Both the position numbers and the translations under genes were made by a program. Positions 15,082 through 28,821 of a stretch of 64,000 bases of DNA are shown here, in pieces (position 1 is the first letter of the stretch; each line of letters starts with the position of its first letter). The notes below the pieces were generated by a model that saw nothing but the letters and a program-made list of their open reading frames with translations, ran no database searches and was not told the origin of the DNA. Source of the DNA: Octopus vulgaris (taxonomy: Eukaryota); assembly GCA_951406725.2 (NCBI GenBank), contig OX597824.1, forward strand, positions 11,594,001 through 11,658,000. The letters run 5' to 3'.

Positions 15082-15296
15082 AATTTGTATGTAAATTTAT
15101 AAAACCTAGCCTATATCTTCTATCTCTTGTTTCAGCCATTAGACTGTGGCCATGCTAAGGCACCACCATGAAGACTTTTTAGATGAATAAACTGACCTCA
15201 ATAGTTTTTTTTTTTTAAGCTACAGGGATGTAAACAAACCAACACTAGTTGTCAAGCAGTTGTGGAGGACAAAGACAGATATAAAGATACACACAT

Positions 15297-15348
<52 letters not shown>

Positions 15349-15820
15349 CACACCTACACATACACAGTAGGCTTCTTTCGGCTTCTATCTACCAAATCCA
15401 TTCATGCAGTGGGACTGAACCCAGAACCATGTGGTTGAGAAGCAAACTTCTTCCCACCCAGCCATGCCTGCACCTATGAAAGTATGAAAATTATACAGTA
15501 TCAATTAAAACTATGTTCAAACAACTATAATTGTTACTATTTTATATCAATAGTTGAAACTTTTGTTTTGGTGCTGCGTGGCACCTAAATGGTGGGCTTC
15601 ATGCTCTTGATATTGTGGGCTTCAGACGTTTCTGTAGCAAACTTTGGTTTTCATCCCAATATGTATCAGCATCCATTTTAATGTCCACTTTTCCATGCTG
15701 CATGGGTTAGAAGGAATTAGATGAGGCAGATTTTATACACCCTGGAACAATGGCATTCATATGATGAGGACACTCAGTTGCAATCATCACATAATGCAAA
15801 GACAACAGTACACACAAACA

Positions 15821-15867
<47 letters not shown>

Positions 15868-16064
15868 GGAGTAAACACATAAATGTGAAACAAGGTGGAA
15901 AAAAGAGTACTCAAATTCCAGTGGTAGAGTAATATGCTTTAAATAAAGTATATATATATATATATATATATATACGCACATATATATATATATATATATA
16001 TAGATATACATATACATACACACACATACATATATATACGCAAATATACACACACACATATATG

Positions 16065-16450
16065 TTGGTGTCACGTAACTGGCACACATGCTGGTGACCT
16101 GTAAAAGGCACCTTCCAAGTGTTGGGCTTCATGGAGGCAATGTAGCAAGTAAAAAGCACCGTTTGAGCCTTGGGCCTCACAGAGGCAATGACAAATGACC
16201 AACGCCTTTGGCATTATGCTATGCTTGAGAAGAAGACCCATCAAGCCAAGCGAAATTGTAGTCATGACAGATACCAATGTCACACAAATGCCAGTAGCAT
16301 GTAAAAGCACCCATTACACTCTCAGAGTGGTCGGTGTTAAGAAGGGCATCCAGCTGTAGAAACCATGCCAAATCAGACTGCCAGCGCTGGTCAGACCATC
16401 CAACCCATGGCAGCATGGACAACAGATGTTAAATGATGATCGTGATGATA
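16065..16450 (+). mobile_element. RTE 3'-end fragment (variant subfamily)
   Basis: aaaagcacc modules, terminal core and GAT tail. Confidence 0.75.
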
Positions 16451-17949
16451 TATATTATATACACATACACACACACATGATGGACTTCTTTCAGTTTTCA
16501 TATACCAAATCCACTCCCAAGGCTTTTGTCAGCCCAGTGCTATACTAGAAGATATTTGCCCGAGATGCCAACAGTGGGACTGAACCTGAGACCATATGGC
16601 TGGGAAGCAAGTTTCTTAACCACACTGCCATGCTTGCACCCAGTATGTAAATACCAGTAAAATATTGAGGATATAAGAAATATTTTATTAATTGTACTTC
16701 TTTCTTCCTCTAACAAAATCTATTTTAGAGGTGGATTTTAAAAGACAAAAATCAATGCTATCATCAATAACACGACAGCAATCAACATTTTTTTATAAGA
16801 GTTTATTCTATGTTGGTTCAAATTATAATATATAATGATCTAATGCCAATGACAGTTTCAGTACGATCACTTGACTAGCTAGAAATACCAGTCAAATCAA
16901 TCTCAAATGACACCCTACTATCTTAAAAAAAAGATGGAATTAGACCCTGATAATAATAGGGGAAAAAAGGTACTCATAACTGGAAATCCTTTGATCACAG
17001 ATCTGCAATGGGATTAAATAACAGCAACATGATTTATTTCTAGATCCTCATAAAGCTAAAGAAAAGGCTGAACTATCTACAAAAAATATATAGTGTCTTG
17101 TCCCTTAAATATACTGAGTCCACTCCAGCTTTTTCCCTTGATTAACCTGGTAACATGCTGACCATACTCTCTACTATAGCCTAACATGCTCTAATGGACA
17201 ATGAAGAGGATACATCAGTCTTAATGTCTTCTGAACAGTAATTGTCTGGACAAAGGAGGTAGAACAATGAAGGGCAGTAAATTTCAGGGGGGGGAAAAAA
17301 AGGGAAAAATATACTTTTAATATGTAAGTTTTAAAAAATTACCAATTATTGATCTACTGCAGTGTTAATACTACAACAACAAAAATACACATTGTTAGTG
17401 CATCGTTTTTGACGGTGAGTGGGAGACAGACTAAGTTACATGCATGTGTGCATGTGTATGTGTGCACACGCACGTGCGAGTGTGTGTGTGTGTGTGTGTG
17501 TGTGTGTTGTGTTCAATGGCTGCTGTGCTGCAGTGCACGCAATCAGCTGACAGAAAACTATGCTGAACACTCTTCTAACCCACATTAGTATGAGAAAATC
17601 TATGTTAAAATGGTGATGATGATGACAATCTTTATAATTAGAAGCAAAGGAACAAATTCCTACAGGAGACAAACAGCCAACTAAATCACAACACCAGCTC
17701 TCTCTCCTCTAGTCATACCTACTGCTTAACTTCGTGACAGCAGAGAAATGGAAAAAAGAGAACATTGTACCCAGCAGTTTTTCAATTCTGTTGAGGAACA
17801 AAGTTAAAAACATTCACAATAGTAATTCCTTTTTGTCAGCTGCAAGAGGCCAAAATGTTCTGGACAGCACCGAGGGGAAATACCAAAAGCAACAATAAAT
17901 AGTAGAGGATTTTGCATCAAGTAAAAGAGTGAGATCAACAAAGATATTA

Positions 17950-18465
17950 TCATTATCATTTAATGTCCGTTTTTTCCATGCTAGTATGGGTTGGACAGTT
18001 CGACCAGGGCCTGGGGAACCAGACGACTGCACCAGGCTCCAGTCTGTATGTATGTATGTATACACACACATACATACATACACACACATATGTATATCAT
18101 CATCATCATCATCATCGTTTAACGCCCTCTTTCCATGCTAGCATGGGTTGGACAGTTTGACAGAGGACTGGCAAACCAGATGGCTGCACCAGGCTTCAGT
18201 CTGATCTGGCAGTGTTTCTACAGCTAGATGCCCTTCCTAATGCCAACCACTCTGTGAGTGTAGTGGGTGCTTTTTACGTGCCACCGGCACAGGTGCCAGG
18301 CAAGGCTGGCAACAGCCACGATTGGTTGGTGCTTTTTACGTGCCACTGGCATGGAAGCCAGTCAAGGCGGCCCTGGCATCGGCCATGTTTGGATGGTGCT
18401 TTTTACATGCCACTAGCACAGGGATCACAACTACAATTTCCATTGATTTTTGATGTTGATGTTGA
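17950..18465 (-). mobile_element. Two adjacent RTE 3'-end fragments
   Basis: Two (CAT)n-tailed terminal cores at ~17950 and ~18097. Confidence 0.8.
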
Positions 18466-18599
18466 TTAATAAAATATTAATTAATAGCCATAACAGTATT
18501 GATTAATAAGAAAGCATCTTCAGAATGGGAAAGACTACAAAGTGTGATTTGGGCACCACACACACACAATCTCAGATTACTTGACCACACCAAAGGCAA

Positions 18600-19150
18600 A
18601 TGCCTTCTCTCAATTCTTTGTCACCAATTTACAGCACTGCATTAACTAAAGTAAGACCCATGTCAATTTTACCACCCTCACCACTCGTCTTTCATAAAGA
18701 GGAATAAATATCACTAGAGGACAGTACTCTTCTGTTCACCCTCACTTTCCTTTTTAAGTGGTGCTTGAAGAAACTAAAATGACACATTCAACTGAGAGCT
18801 GGATCCACATGGTAACAGCTGTTTGACATAAACTAATAAATCAGCAATGTACAGACACTGAACAAGTGCTAGATAATTTTGTCATCCTGCATACACTTCA
18901 GACAAGAGTAGTTGCTTGCAGCTCCAACACAGTGACGCCCATAGAGTTTATCACCAACAAGTAGCACTTTCCTGTAGAGCTGCCAGGTCAAAGAATTTCT
19001 TGAAATTGTCCATGATGTCCTAGCTAAAAGTCCTCCGAGAGAAGACAATACAAACTCAATGCCTGTAATCCTGGCTCATACCATCCATTACTCAAGATTA
19101 CAAGAGTTAACATTCTACCAATTGCATTGTCTTGTTGTAAACTTCCTGCA
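18600..19150 (-). mobile_element. Degenerate L1/Tx1-like ORF2 C-terminal (zf-RVT) remnant
   Basis: Minus frame across ~19000-18850 reads NSLTWQLYRKVLLVGDKL...SCLKCMQDDKII*HLFSVC. Boundaries are approximate. Confidence 0.45.
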
Positions 19151-19870
19151 AGATTATAATTTTCTTGATCAAAAAAAGGTAACCAATCAATTATAAGGTT
19201 CTTGTCTCTAAAGATAAAACCCCAAAAAAAGTTTAGCTCTGATTAAGACTGGGTTACAGGACTTATTGATCAAGAGCTTGCCAGTCCATCACAATGGCCA
19301 CCACTCACCATATAACAAGCTGAGGTGCTTCTATATGGTTGCTTAACCTGCAAGAAGTACCTTTTATCTTTTATTTGTTTCACTCATTGGACTGAGGCCA
19401 TGCTGGAGCACTACCTTGAAGGTTTAATTGAACAAATCAACACCAGTATCTATTTTTCTTTTTTTATATCTGGTACTTATTCTATTGGTCTCCTTTGTCG
19501 AACTGCAAAGTTATGGGGACGTAAGCAAACCAACACTTGTCAAATGATGGGAGGAGGAGACAAATACAGACACATACACATGAGCTTCCAAAGTTTCTGC
19601 TAACAAAATTCACTCACAAGGCATTGGTTGGCCTAGGGCTATAGTAGAAGACACTTGCCCAAGGTGCTGTGCAATAGAACTAAACCAGAAACCATGTGAT
19701 TGCAAAGCAAGCTTCTTAACCAGATAGCCATGTCTGAAAGAAATCTTAAATCAGGAAAACAAAAAATTAGATAGTTATGACTGGGGTACGTATGATTATG
19801 AACCCTATGGTTATAGGTTTGCATACTCGGTGCCAACTTGGGGCTAAATAAGAACAACAATCAATATACG

Positions 19871-19933
19871 GTAACCATAGCAACGACAATGACCAAAACG
19901 AGGATGCGTTGAGAGACAATAAACATTGTTTAC
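19871..19933. promoter_or_regulatory. X-box plus paired forkhead sites (putative enhancer)
   Basis: GTAACCATAGCAAC (19871-19884) and TAAACATTGTTTAC (19920-19933) in non-repetitive sequence. Confidence 0.35.
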
Positions 19934-20331
19934 TAGCCACTGGACAATAGGAAGCTGGGACAAATGTATTCTAGCATCATCTCACGGAGGTGATACAGAC
20001 GAGAGGAAAGACGACATGTCAGGAAGATAATATTGATTTCTTACTCTTTCTCACACACACACACACAAAGTTTAGATAAATAGCAAAGTGGAAATGCGAT
20101 TGTGTGACATATCTTTCTCAAGGACAGAAGCAATGTGCAAGATAAGTGAGAATTGAATTCAGGTTATTGCGGAGACGGTTTGATAACCGCTCAACTCCAA
20201 ACTGCAACACTTATCACAAAAGTCGGGACAAAATTAACAAAGAAATTGGTTGCCAAGGAAGTGTTTTGAATTGTCCAGAACCACATGTTATAACAAACTG
20301 TTCTCTATTTAACATCAACATCATTATTGTT

Positions 20332-20740
20332 GGATCTTTTCGGTTTGAACAGCAGTTTTTTCTAGCGGTGTCATATGAAATTGTCACCCATAATTATGTC
20401 CCTAGTATCGATCTATTGCATTTCAATCTGTTTTAGGGTTAGGGGTGGAGGGAAGGGTATCTTTTTTCTTCAGAAATGTAAATAAACCCAATCTGTTTCT
20501 TAAACGAGGGACATATTCATATGGCACAGAATGTTTTCACCTCAAATAGATGTCATTGATTGGTTGAAATTGCAGAAATTGAATAAAAAAAAAACAATAT
20601 CTTACAAACTATAGAATTTTCTCAATAAAGCCAAGAGAAAAAGATGTTTTATAAACACATTCTACCAGTATACGAAGTTTAAAAGTGTTTAGTTACGTGA
20701 AAATTATATTAAAAAACTGCCGTTCGAACTGAAAAGATCC
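20332..20740. mobile_element. MITE with GGATCTTTTC TIRs and 8-bp TSD (Merlin-like, family M1)
   Basis: TIR ggatcttttcggtttgaacagcagtttttt / aaaaaactgccgttcgaactgaaaagatcc; TSD ttattgtt on both sides; internal TTAGGGTTAGGG. Confidence 0.88.
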
Positions 20741-21524
20741 TTATTGTTTAACATCTGTATTTCATGTGTACATGCTACTGAGTGTTGCTTTTTTTTTTTT
20801 TTTAATCACTGGTCAGCTGTGATGAAGCATATTAAGAGGCGTCCCAGTAATGACCACCTTTTTCATTCAGACAGGGTATGTAGGACTTGGGGAAGGCATT
20901 GGCAAAGCATCCCAATATCTCTGCCAAGAAAACACTTTGAGAAAACCAGAACAAAGTAATGCTATGGCTTCAGCCAACATGAAAACTTTACTCAATCAGG
21001 AAGACTTTCCTTGTAGTGTTATCAACACACTGCAAAAGCATAAGATACAGGACAACGATTGATGTAAGAGTGCATTATTCAATATTTTGCTGCCTTTTAC
21101 TTTAAAACAGTAAGGTATAATTTGAGGAAGCTTTGATTGACTATTTCTAGTAAGTCAAACAACCACAGAGAGGCTCTTTCTTGGTTACATACCATTCATT
21201 CATTTAGCAAGTTTTTCTATGCAAGCAATGGCTTAGACCCAGGGAAGGGATATGAGACAGGGGACAGAGTTTTTTTTTTTTTTTTACAGCAGGCTGCTCT
21301 TCCTGCCACCAAATACTTGTTTTATATATAAGACATTTTTGTTTTTATTCCTGGGAAAATTCTAAGTGTAAATGTAGCAGATGGTTTGTTGGCAGAAAAT
21401 ATCAACCAACATCACCAGCTGTAGACCAGCTCCAAACAGTGATGTCAGTAATTGTTGTCGCAACTCAGTGTCAACACTAACTGTTCACAAAGCCATGCCT
21501 GTACCAATATTTACACGCTCTTTA

Positions 21525-21703
21525 CTCTTTTACTTGTTTCAGTCATTTGACTGCGGCCATACTGGAGCACCACCTTTAGTCGCTCGAGCAAATCAACCCC
21601 AGGACCTATTATTTATAAGCCTAGTACTTATTCTATCAGTCACTTTTGCCAAACTGCTATGGGGATGTAAACACACCACCATCAGTTATATACACACACA
21701 CAC

Positions 21704-21735
<32 letters not shown>

Positions 21736-21908
21736 ATATACATATATATGATGGGCTTCTTTCAGTTACTGTCTATCAGATCCACTCACAAGGCTTTGGT
21801 CGGCCCGAGGCTGTAGTAGAAGACACTTGCCCAAGGTGCCACACAGTGGGACTGAACCCAGAACCATGTGGTTGGTAAGCAAGCTACTTACCACACAGCC
21901 ACTCCTAC
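21525..21908 (-). mobile_element. SINE family B
   Basis: Reverse complement of 28406-28821. Confidence 0.85.
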
Positions 21909-23112
21909 ATAAACACAAACAGTGAAATGCAAGGGCATACATTCACATGTGATTGTGTGCATTCACGTGTGTGTGAATCATATACACTATGGGATCATAT
22001 ATACATGATGGGATTCTTTTAGTTTCCATCTACTAAATTCCCTCACAAAGCTTTAATCAACCTAGGGTTACAGTAGAAGGTGCCAAAAGTGCCATGCAAT
22101 GGGACTGAACCTGGAGCCAAATGTTTTAAAAACAACCTTAACCACACAGCCTGCACCAATAATACTTACATATTAACATACACACACTGACAGAGGAACA
22201 TATTTGCATGTGTGAACGTGCGTGTGAATCATGTAAAAACTGATGAAGCGTATTTTAATAGCAACTTGTAGATAAGAACAACTACACAACATTTTATTAC
22301 AAGACAAAGAAAAAAATGGAATGTAAAATGAAAAGCAAAAAAATTTGGCAGTCATCAAGCAATTTAAATGATGTGGAGAAAATATCTATTTTTGAAATTT
22401 TGTCAGGCTCTCTTAGTTTTAACACGACTACATCTATTTTCCAATCCTACTTCTTTCTCCTGCCAAATGATGATGGTACTTATTTCAGAAATTATTCGCA
22501 AAAGCTGTGGTAAACAATTTATTTTCCAACAACTGAACAATCATAGGTTTGTTCATATCTTGGCCTTGTTCATTCAACACTTTTCCCACTGATTGGGTCA
22601 CACTGCCATCACTCCACCCTCAGTCCCCCCACCTCCATTTCACCACCTGCCCCAGGTCATTCTGCCTTTATTCACACTGATTAAATATCTTTCGTCCTTA
22701 CCCCCCCCCCCGCCAGCTTATACTACAATTCAACCACCTAGCTAACACTACCTTCACCCTCCCCTCACCACCACACTGATTTAATTTGCCAACGCCAACA
22801 CTGTTACACACCCAGCTCACACAATCATAAACCATCCTCGTCTGATACATGCATCACAGTCTAAAAAATTATTTGTTATTGTGGAATAAGAGCAGTCGGT
22901 ACAGCTGTAGTTGTCTGCTGACATAGAAAAAAATATAAATTTCAGTTTAAAAAGAAAAAGAATAAAAATAGAATATCTGACTCATTCCGTGACCACACTA
23001 TCTTTCGAGTAAAAAAACAGAAAGTTTGTTAGAAATTCAGTGATGTTGAAGAATTACATCAAATCTCCATAACTCAACACGAGAGCAATACACCAGTAAT
23101 TCTCAACTGGGT

Positions 23113-23590
23113 TCATCATCATCATCATCGTTTAACATCCGCTTTCCATGCTAGCATGGGTTGGATGATTTGACTGAGGAATGGCGAACCATATGGCAGC
23201 GCCAGGCTCCAATCCGATCTGGCAGAGTTTCTACAGCTGGATGCCCTTCCTAACGCCAACCACTCCAAGAGTGTAGTGGGTGCTTTTAAAGTGCCACCAG
23301 CACGAGGGTCAGACTGGCGGTACTGGCAACGGCCACGCTCGAAAATGGTGTTTTTTACGTGCCACCTGCACAGGAGTCAGTCCAGCAGCACTGGCAATGA
23401 CCTTGCTCGAATGTTTTCTCATGTGCCACCAGCACAAGTGCCAGTGAGGTGACGCTGACAATGATCATGCTCAAATGGTACACTTTACGTGCCAGACAGC
23501 TGCTCTGGCAGTGATCCCGCTTGGATGGTGCTGTTAGCGCTCCACTGGCATGGGTGCTAGTCAACAAATTTGGTTCGATTTCGAATTCAA
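23113..23590 (-). mobile_element. RTE 3'-end fragment inserted into a degenerate hAT-like MITE (~23094-23792)
   Basis: Terminal core plus modules; flanks read cagtaattctcaac ... gaaaaatactg. Confidence 0.75.
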
Positions 23591-24125
23591 ATATAAAAAT
23601 TTGTCGTTAAAATTTATATGAAACAAATTGGTTATACTTCCACTTCAATAATTTTTTTTACACAATACCTAATAGTATTTAATGATAAAAATATAATAGG
23701 ATTTTCTTTTAAACATTGAATAACTCTGAGGATCCACCCAGGTAGAATAGGAATCAAAGGAGGCTGCAGGTAAAAATTATCGAAAAATACTGGACTAGAA
23801 GGTCATTTGACACACTAGAAATAACAGCAAAAGCTCTCTAAAATCATACCATACTATTGTGAAGCTTACTTTGCAACCACACGCTTTCAGGTTCAGTCCC
23901 ACTCTGCAGCACCTTGGGCAAGTGTCTTCTACAGCCCCAGGCCAACCAATGTGTTGTGAGTTAATTTCATAGGTGAAAACTATGTGAAAGCCCATAATGT
24001 GTGTGTGTGTGTATATGTATGTCTGTCTGGTTCGTACCCAACAATTTGACAACTGTAGTTGCTTTGTTTACGTCCCTGTGACATAAGGTTCAGCAGAAAG
24101 ATACTGATAGAATATCAGACTTTAA

Positions 24126-24343
24126 CCCTTTAGTATTTAAACCGGCCATATCCGGCCAAAATAGCTAATCTGTTTTATGTTCAAACTGACCAGATCCAGG
24201 CTCTCCACCTACCCTACAATGTTATTCTACATTAAGTAATTACACCATCAAGATCTTGAAGATATGAGATAATGCATGATTAATTCAAATCAATGGGAAT
24301 CAATAAGCATTATGTTTGATAGAATAATCAGAACACTAAAGGG
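24126..24343. mobile_element. piggyBac-like MITE (TTAA|CCCT...AGGG|TTAA) inserted in a family B SINE
   Basis: TTAA on both flanks; TIR ccctttag/ctaaaggg. Confidence 0.85.
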
Positions 24344-24945
24344 TTAAAAGAATAAAATATTAGGGTTGATTTGTTCAACTAAACCCTTCAAGGCAGTGCC
24401 CCAGCATGGTCACACTCCCGTGACTGAAACAAGTAAAAGATGAAAGAAAAAAAAACAAGTCGAGATGCTTATAAATGGAATACTTTTCATCATCTGAGGA
24501 TATAAGCCACAACATGAACACTCCTTTACTGACTCCTGAATGCCTTTCTTGTAAAGGACAGTAGATCAGTATATTTTCTTCTATCACTTAAGTACCAATA
24601 GAATTTATCTATTAGCTCAAATGAAGCATTGTAGCGATACTAATATTATTACTATTAATTATACCAGTCTCTTTAGACTGTCAGAAACAGCTGCACAGTC
24701 ACTACACACCACATAATGCAGACTATGTACACTAAGTGAATAAAAGACTGGCTTTTCACTGCTGGAAGACTATTCTGATCAGAGGTCAGTCTAAATAATC
24801 AAGTCTGATATAGGTCAAACAACAACCACCCCGTCATTTACAGTATCAAGAAGCTTTATAATGGTCACCTAACCTGTCAGAAACAACAGTCAAAACTCCC
24901 TCAAAGCATACCCTATTGTATGTAAAAACTGATGATACAGATAAT

Positions 24946-25394
24946 TGTTTCTTTATTACCCACAAGGGTATAAACATAGAGGGGACAAACAAGGACAGAC
25001 AAAGGGATTAAGTCGATTATATTCGAGCCCAGTGTGTAACTGGTACTTAATTTATCGAACCTGAGAGGATGAAAGGCAAAGTCGACCTCAGCGGAATTTG
25101 AACTTCAACATAAAGACAGACGAAATACCACTAAGCATTTTGCCCAGCATGCTAACGTTTCTTATTTCTTTATTGCCCACAAGGGGCTAAACACAGAGGG
25201 GACAAACAAGGACAGACAAAGGTATTAAGTCGATTACATCGACCCCAGTGTGTAACTGGTACTTAATTTATCGACCCCGAAAGGATGAAAGGCAAAGTCG
25301 ACCTCAGCGGAATTTGAACTCGGGACGTAACGGCAGACGAAATACGGCTACGCATTTCACCCGGCGTGCTAACGTTTCTGCCAGCTCGCTGCTC
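24946..25394 (-). mobile_element. Head-to-tail dimer of SINE family A
   Basis: Two units flanked by one 10-bp direct repeat tacagataat (24936-24945 and 25395-25404). Confidence 0.85.
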
Positions 25395-25865
25395 TACAGA
25401 TAATGCAATCTTAGTTGCAGTGTAACTGAATAAGAAGACAGGATGATCGCAGCTGGAACACCTACCATAATAAGTCTGGTGGAACAGACGCTGCCAGCAG
25501 CTGCACCGTCTCAAGTGGAACTTTTCTATTACAGTATGTTTTTTTTTTATTCTACTTACAAGCCTTATATAAATTACATACATTTAACTACAAAGAACAT
25601 TGTCAGTAAATAGCCAAAACTTTTGGTGCATTAAAACAGTTTAAATTAGGAATTCGCTAATAGACTCTTATTGTTTGTGACATCCAGATATTTTTAAATA
25701 TTCATGTTAGCAAGTTTTAAACGAAACAGAGGAAAAATTGTTACTGACATGGAATAAATTTGCAGCTCAAAAAATAAAAAGAATATCTAAAATTGAATAT
25801 TTTGAAATATTCATCATCAGGTGTTTAACTAAAATTCATGAAATATTCTTTTTGAGCAGAAGACT

Positions 25866-26004
25866 TACATACATACATTTACATACATACATATATATAT
25901 ATATATATACATACATACATACACACACGTACATACATACATATACATACATACATACACATATACATACATACATACATACATACATACATACACATAT
26001 ACAT

Positions 26005-26035
<31 letters not shown>

Positions 26036-26113
26036 TACATACATACATACATAAATACATATAATAATATAAAAAAGGAACAAAGAAGTGGACTGAAACG
26101 ACGAATCGGAACA

Positions 26114-26149
<36 letters not shown>

Positions 26150-26155
26150 TATATA
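25866..26155. repeat. (TACA)n/(TA)n microsatellite
   Basis: Direct reading. Confidence 0.9.
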
Positions 26156-27718
26156 GTTAAAATTAGGGGAGTGTAATGCCAGCTGCTTCTGATAGGACTC
26201 TATGAAGGAGGTGCCCGAGGACTCTATCCCCACCTCCTGGGATTGGTGGATGGCAAAGATGGATGGAAATGTAAAAGAAGTTTCAAAGTTTTCTGGGTTT
26301 GTAGAACTAACCAACTCATGGTATTATAACAAAGTGTAAAAAGTTTACATCACTAATTAAGAATAAAAAACAAAAAAAACTGATATTTCTTTTACTAGTT
26401 ACAACAGTTAAAGGTGACCATGCTGGGGTATTGCAATGAGGACAACAAAGATATACTTTAAAAAGAAAAAAGTTACACTACAAGAGAGTAATAACATGTA
26501 TTTGTGCATCGTGTGTGTCTGTGTATTTGAAGGTTTTGATTATACACACATGCATATATACATAAACACATACTGTCCTAGAAATGGATATCTTAGCAAA
26601 TGACTAAGTCTGCAATGAACCAGTTAGCTTGCAACTTCAGCTGCTGCAAGTTGTGTAAATAGAATAGATAGCAGAGTGGCTGGTTCCAAATATCGGTAGC
26701 ACTAGGGAAAACTGCGTAACAACTGGGAGTAGGAGATAAGTCCAAGGTAGACAAAATAACAATAGTAACTGCAGCCAAATACCATTTGCAGCTTAGCTAC
26801 ATCAAAAGTAGAGTGCAGACATTTTAATTCATAAAACTTTCAACTACTCTTACGAAAAACTTACACAACAACAACTCTACAGATTATGAAATTCTGTACC
26901 ATATTCTGAAGCAGATGATTTTAAAATTAAAGGAAAGGAACAAGATAGATTTTACAGTTGGTAAATATAACAAGTAGTCCAGTTAAAGTAGCAGAAGTGA
27001 CCGTTACCCTAAGTTCTACCAATGACAGACAGAATATGATTATTCTATAAAACACCAATGATCTGATGCAACCGACCATATGGGTGAAAAGTTCATGGTT
27101 TTGAGTAGTTTAGCTTTCCTGGGCTTATTATCCTCTTTAACTGTTGTTTGATCCACTATAGGCCTGGCACAACTAAAGCCTTGTGAGTGGACTTGAAAGA
27201 TGGAAGCTGAAATATGCCCATCGTGTGTGAGTGTGTGTGCATACCATTGTCTAGTGCTCTGCAACCGGTATGATGTGGCATATTGGTGTGCCACAAGACA
27301 ATGGTCGGTGTGCCGCAGTGTAACCTGAATATAATATTTTTTCCCTCTACTTTTAGTTACATTTTTAGTTCAGGTGTGCTGCAGAATTTTGGAAAGAATA
27401 TAAGTGTACTGCAAGTGAAAAAAGGTTGTGGAACATTGGTCTAGACATCACATGATGGTTATCACTGAGCATCATCACCATACAAGCAAGGTTGTTCATT
27501 TCCAGTCTCTGAAAAACATACCTATAGCCATGGGAAAAAATATTACCTTGCTCAGAAACGAGTGAAGGTTGGTGACAGGAAGGGTACCTTCCTAGCCAAC
27601 AAATTCCATTTGGCCCATGTAAACATAGAAAAGCTGATGTTAAATGAATGATAATAAGAATAAATAAATATATGGAGTTTTATCCACATTGATCCATGCT
27701 GTGAAATGAAGCCATACC

Positions 27719-27948
27719 TATTTCTTTACTACCCACAAGGGGCTAAACACAGAGGGGATAAACAAGGACAGACAAACAGATTAATTGATTACATTGACCC
27801 CAGTGCAACTGGTACTTATTTAATCGACCCCGAAAAGATGAAAGGCAAAGTTGACCTTGGTGGAATTTGAACTCAGAATGTAGTGGCAGGCGAAATACCA
27901 CTAAACATTTCACCCTGCGTGCTAACATTTCTGCCAACTCACCACCTT
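27719..27948 (-). mobile_element. SINE family A with 19-bp TSD
   Basis: tgtgaaatgaagccatacc at 27700-27718 and 27949-27967. Confidence 0.9.
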
Positions 27949-28405
27949 TGTGAAATGAAGCCATACCAGAGACATTTGGCATCTTGAGAAACCAATGTTG
28001 TATTGGTACTAAAATAATACTGTCTGGTTGTCAACCTTGTTGCCCCATTTTATTTTTCTTGAGCCCTAGGACTCAAAAAAACCAGATACCTGATTTCTAT
28101 GGCATGTAAGTAACCGAGATTACAATAATCCCCCTGATTGGAATACTAGTCACCAGCAGGGTTGAAGGCCAGAAATTTTGAAGGAAGGGTACAAATTGAT
28201 TGCATCAATCCTAGTACTTGACAGGTACTTTATCAACTACAAAGAATGAAAGGCAAAGGTGACCTTGATGGGGTTTGAACTCAGATTATAAAAGAGCCAA
28301 AGAAATACCACTAAACATTTTGTATGACCTGCTATTGATTTTGTCAGCTTGCCATTAATTAAATGAGTTGTGCCTAGCTATATTCTTTTTTACATTTTCA
28401 TAAAT

Positions 28406-28821
28406 GGAGTGGCTGTGTGGTAAGTAGCTTGCTAACCAACCACATGGTTCTGGGTTCAGTCCCACTGCGTGGCATCTTGGGCAAGTGTCTTCTGTTATAG
28501 CCCCGGGCCGACCAATGCCTTGTGAGTGGATTTGGTAGACGGAAACTGAAAGAAGCCCGTCGTATGTATGTATATATATATATATATATATATAAGTGTG
28601 TGTGTGTATATGTTTGTGTGTCTGTGTTTGTCCCCCTAGCATTGCTTGACACCCGTGCTGGTGTGTTTATGTCCCCGTTACTTAGCGGTTTGGCAAAAGA
28701 GACCGATAGAATAAGTACTGGGCTTACAAAGAATAAGTCCCGGAGTCGATTTGCTCGACTAAAGGCGGTGCTCCAGCATGGCCACAGTCAAATGACTGAA
28801 ACAAGTAAAAGAGTAAAAGAG
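28406..28821 (+). mobile_element. tRNA-derived CORE-type SINE (family B, octopus OR-like), full length
   Basis: Head ggagtggctgtgtggtaag...gggttcagtccc, CORE-like gtggcatcttgggcaagtgtctt, internal TA/TG microsatellite, tail gactgaaacaagtaaaagagtaaaagag. Confidence 0.85.
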
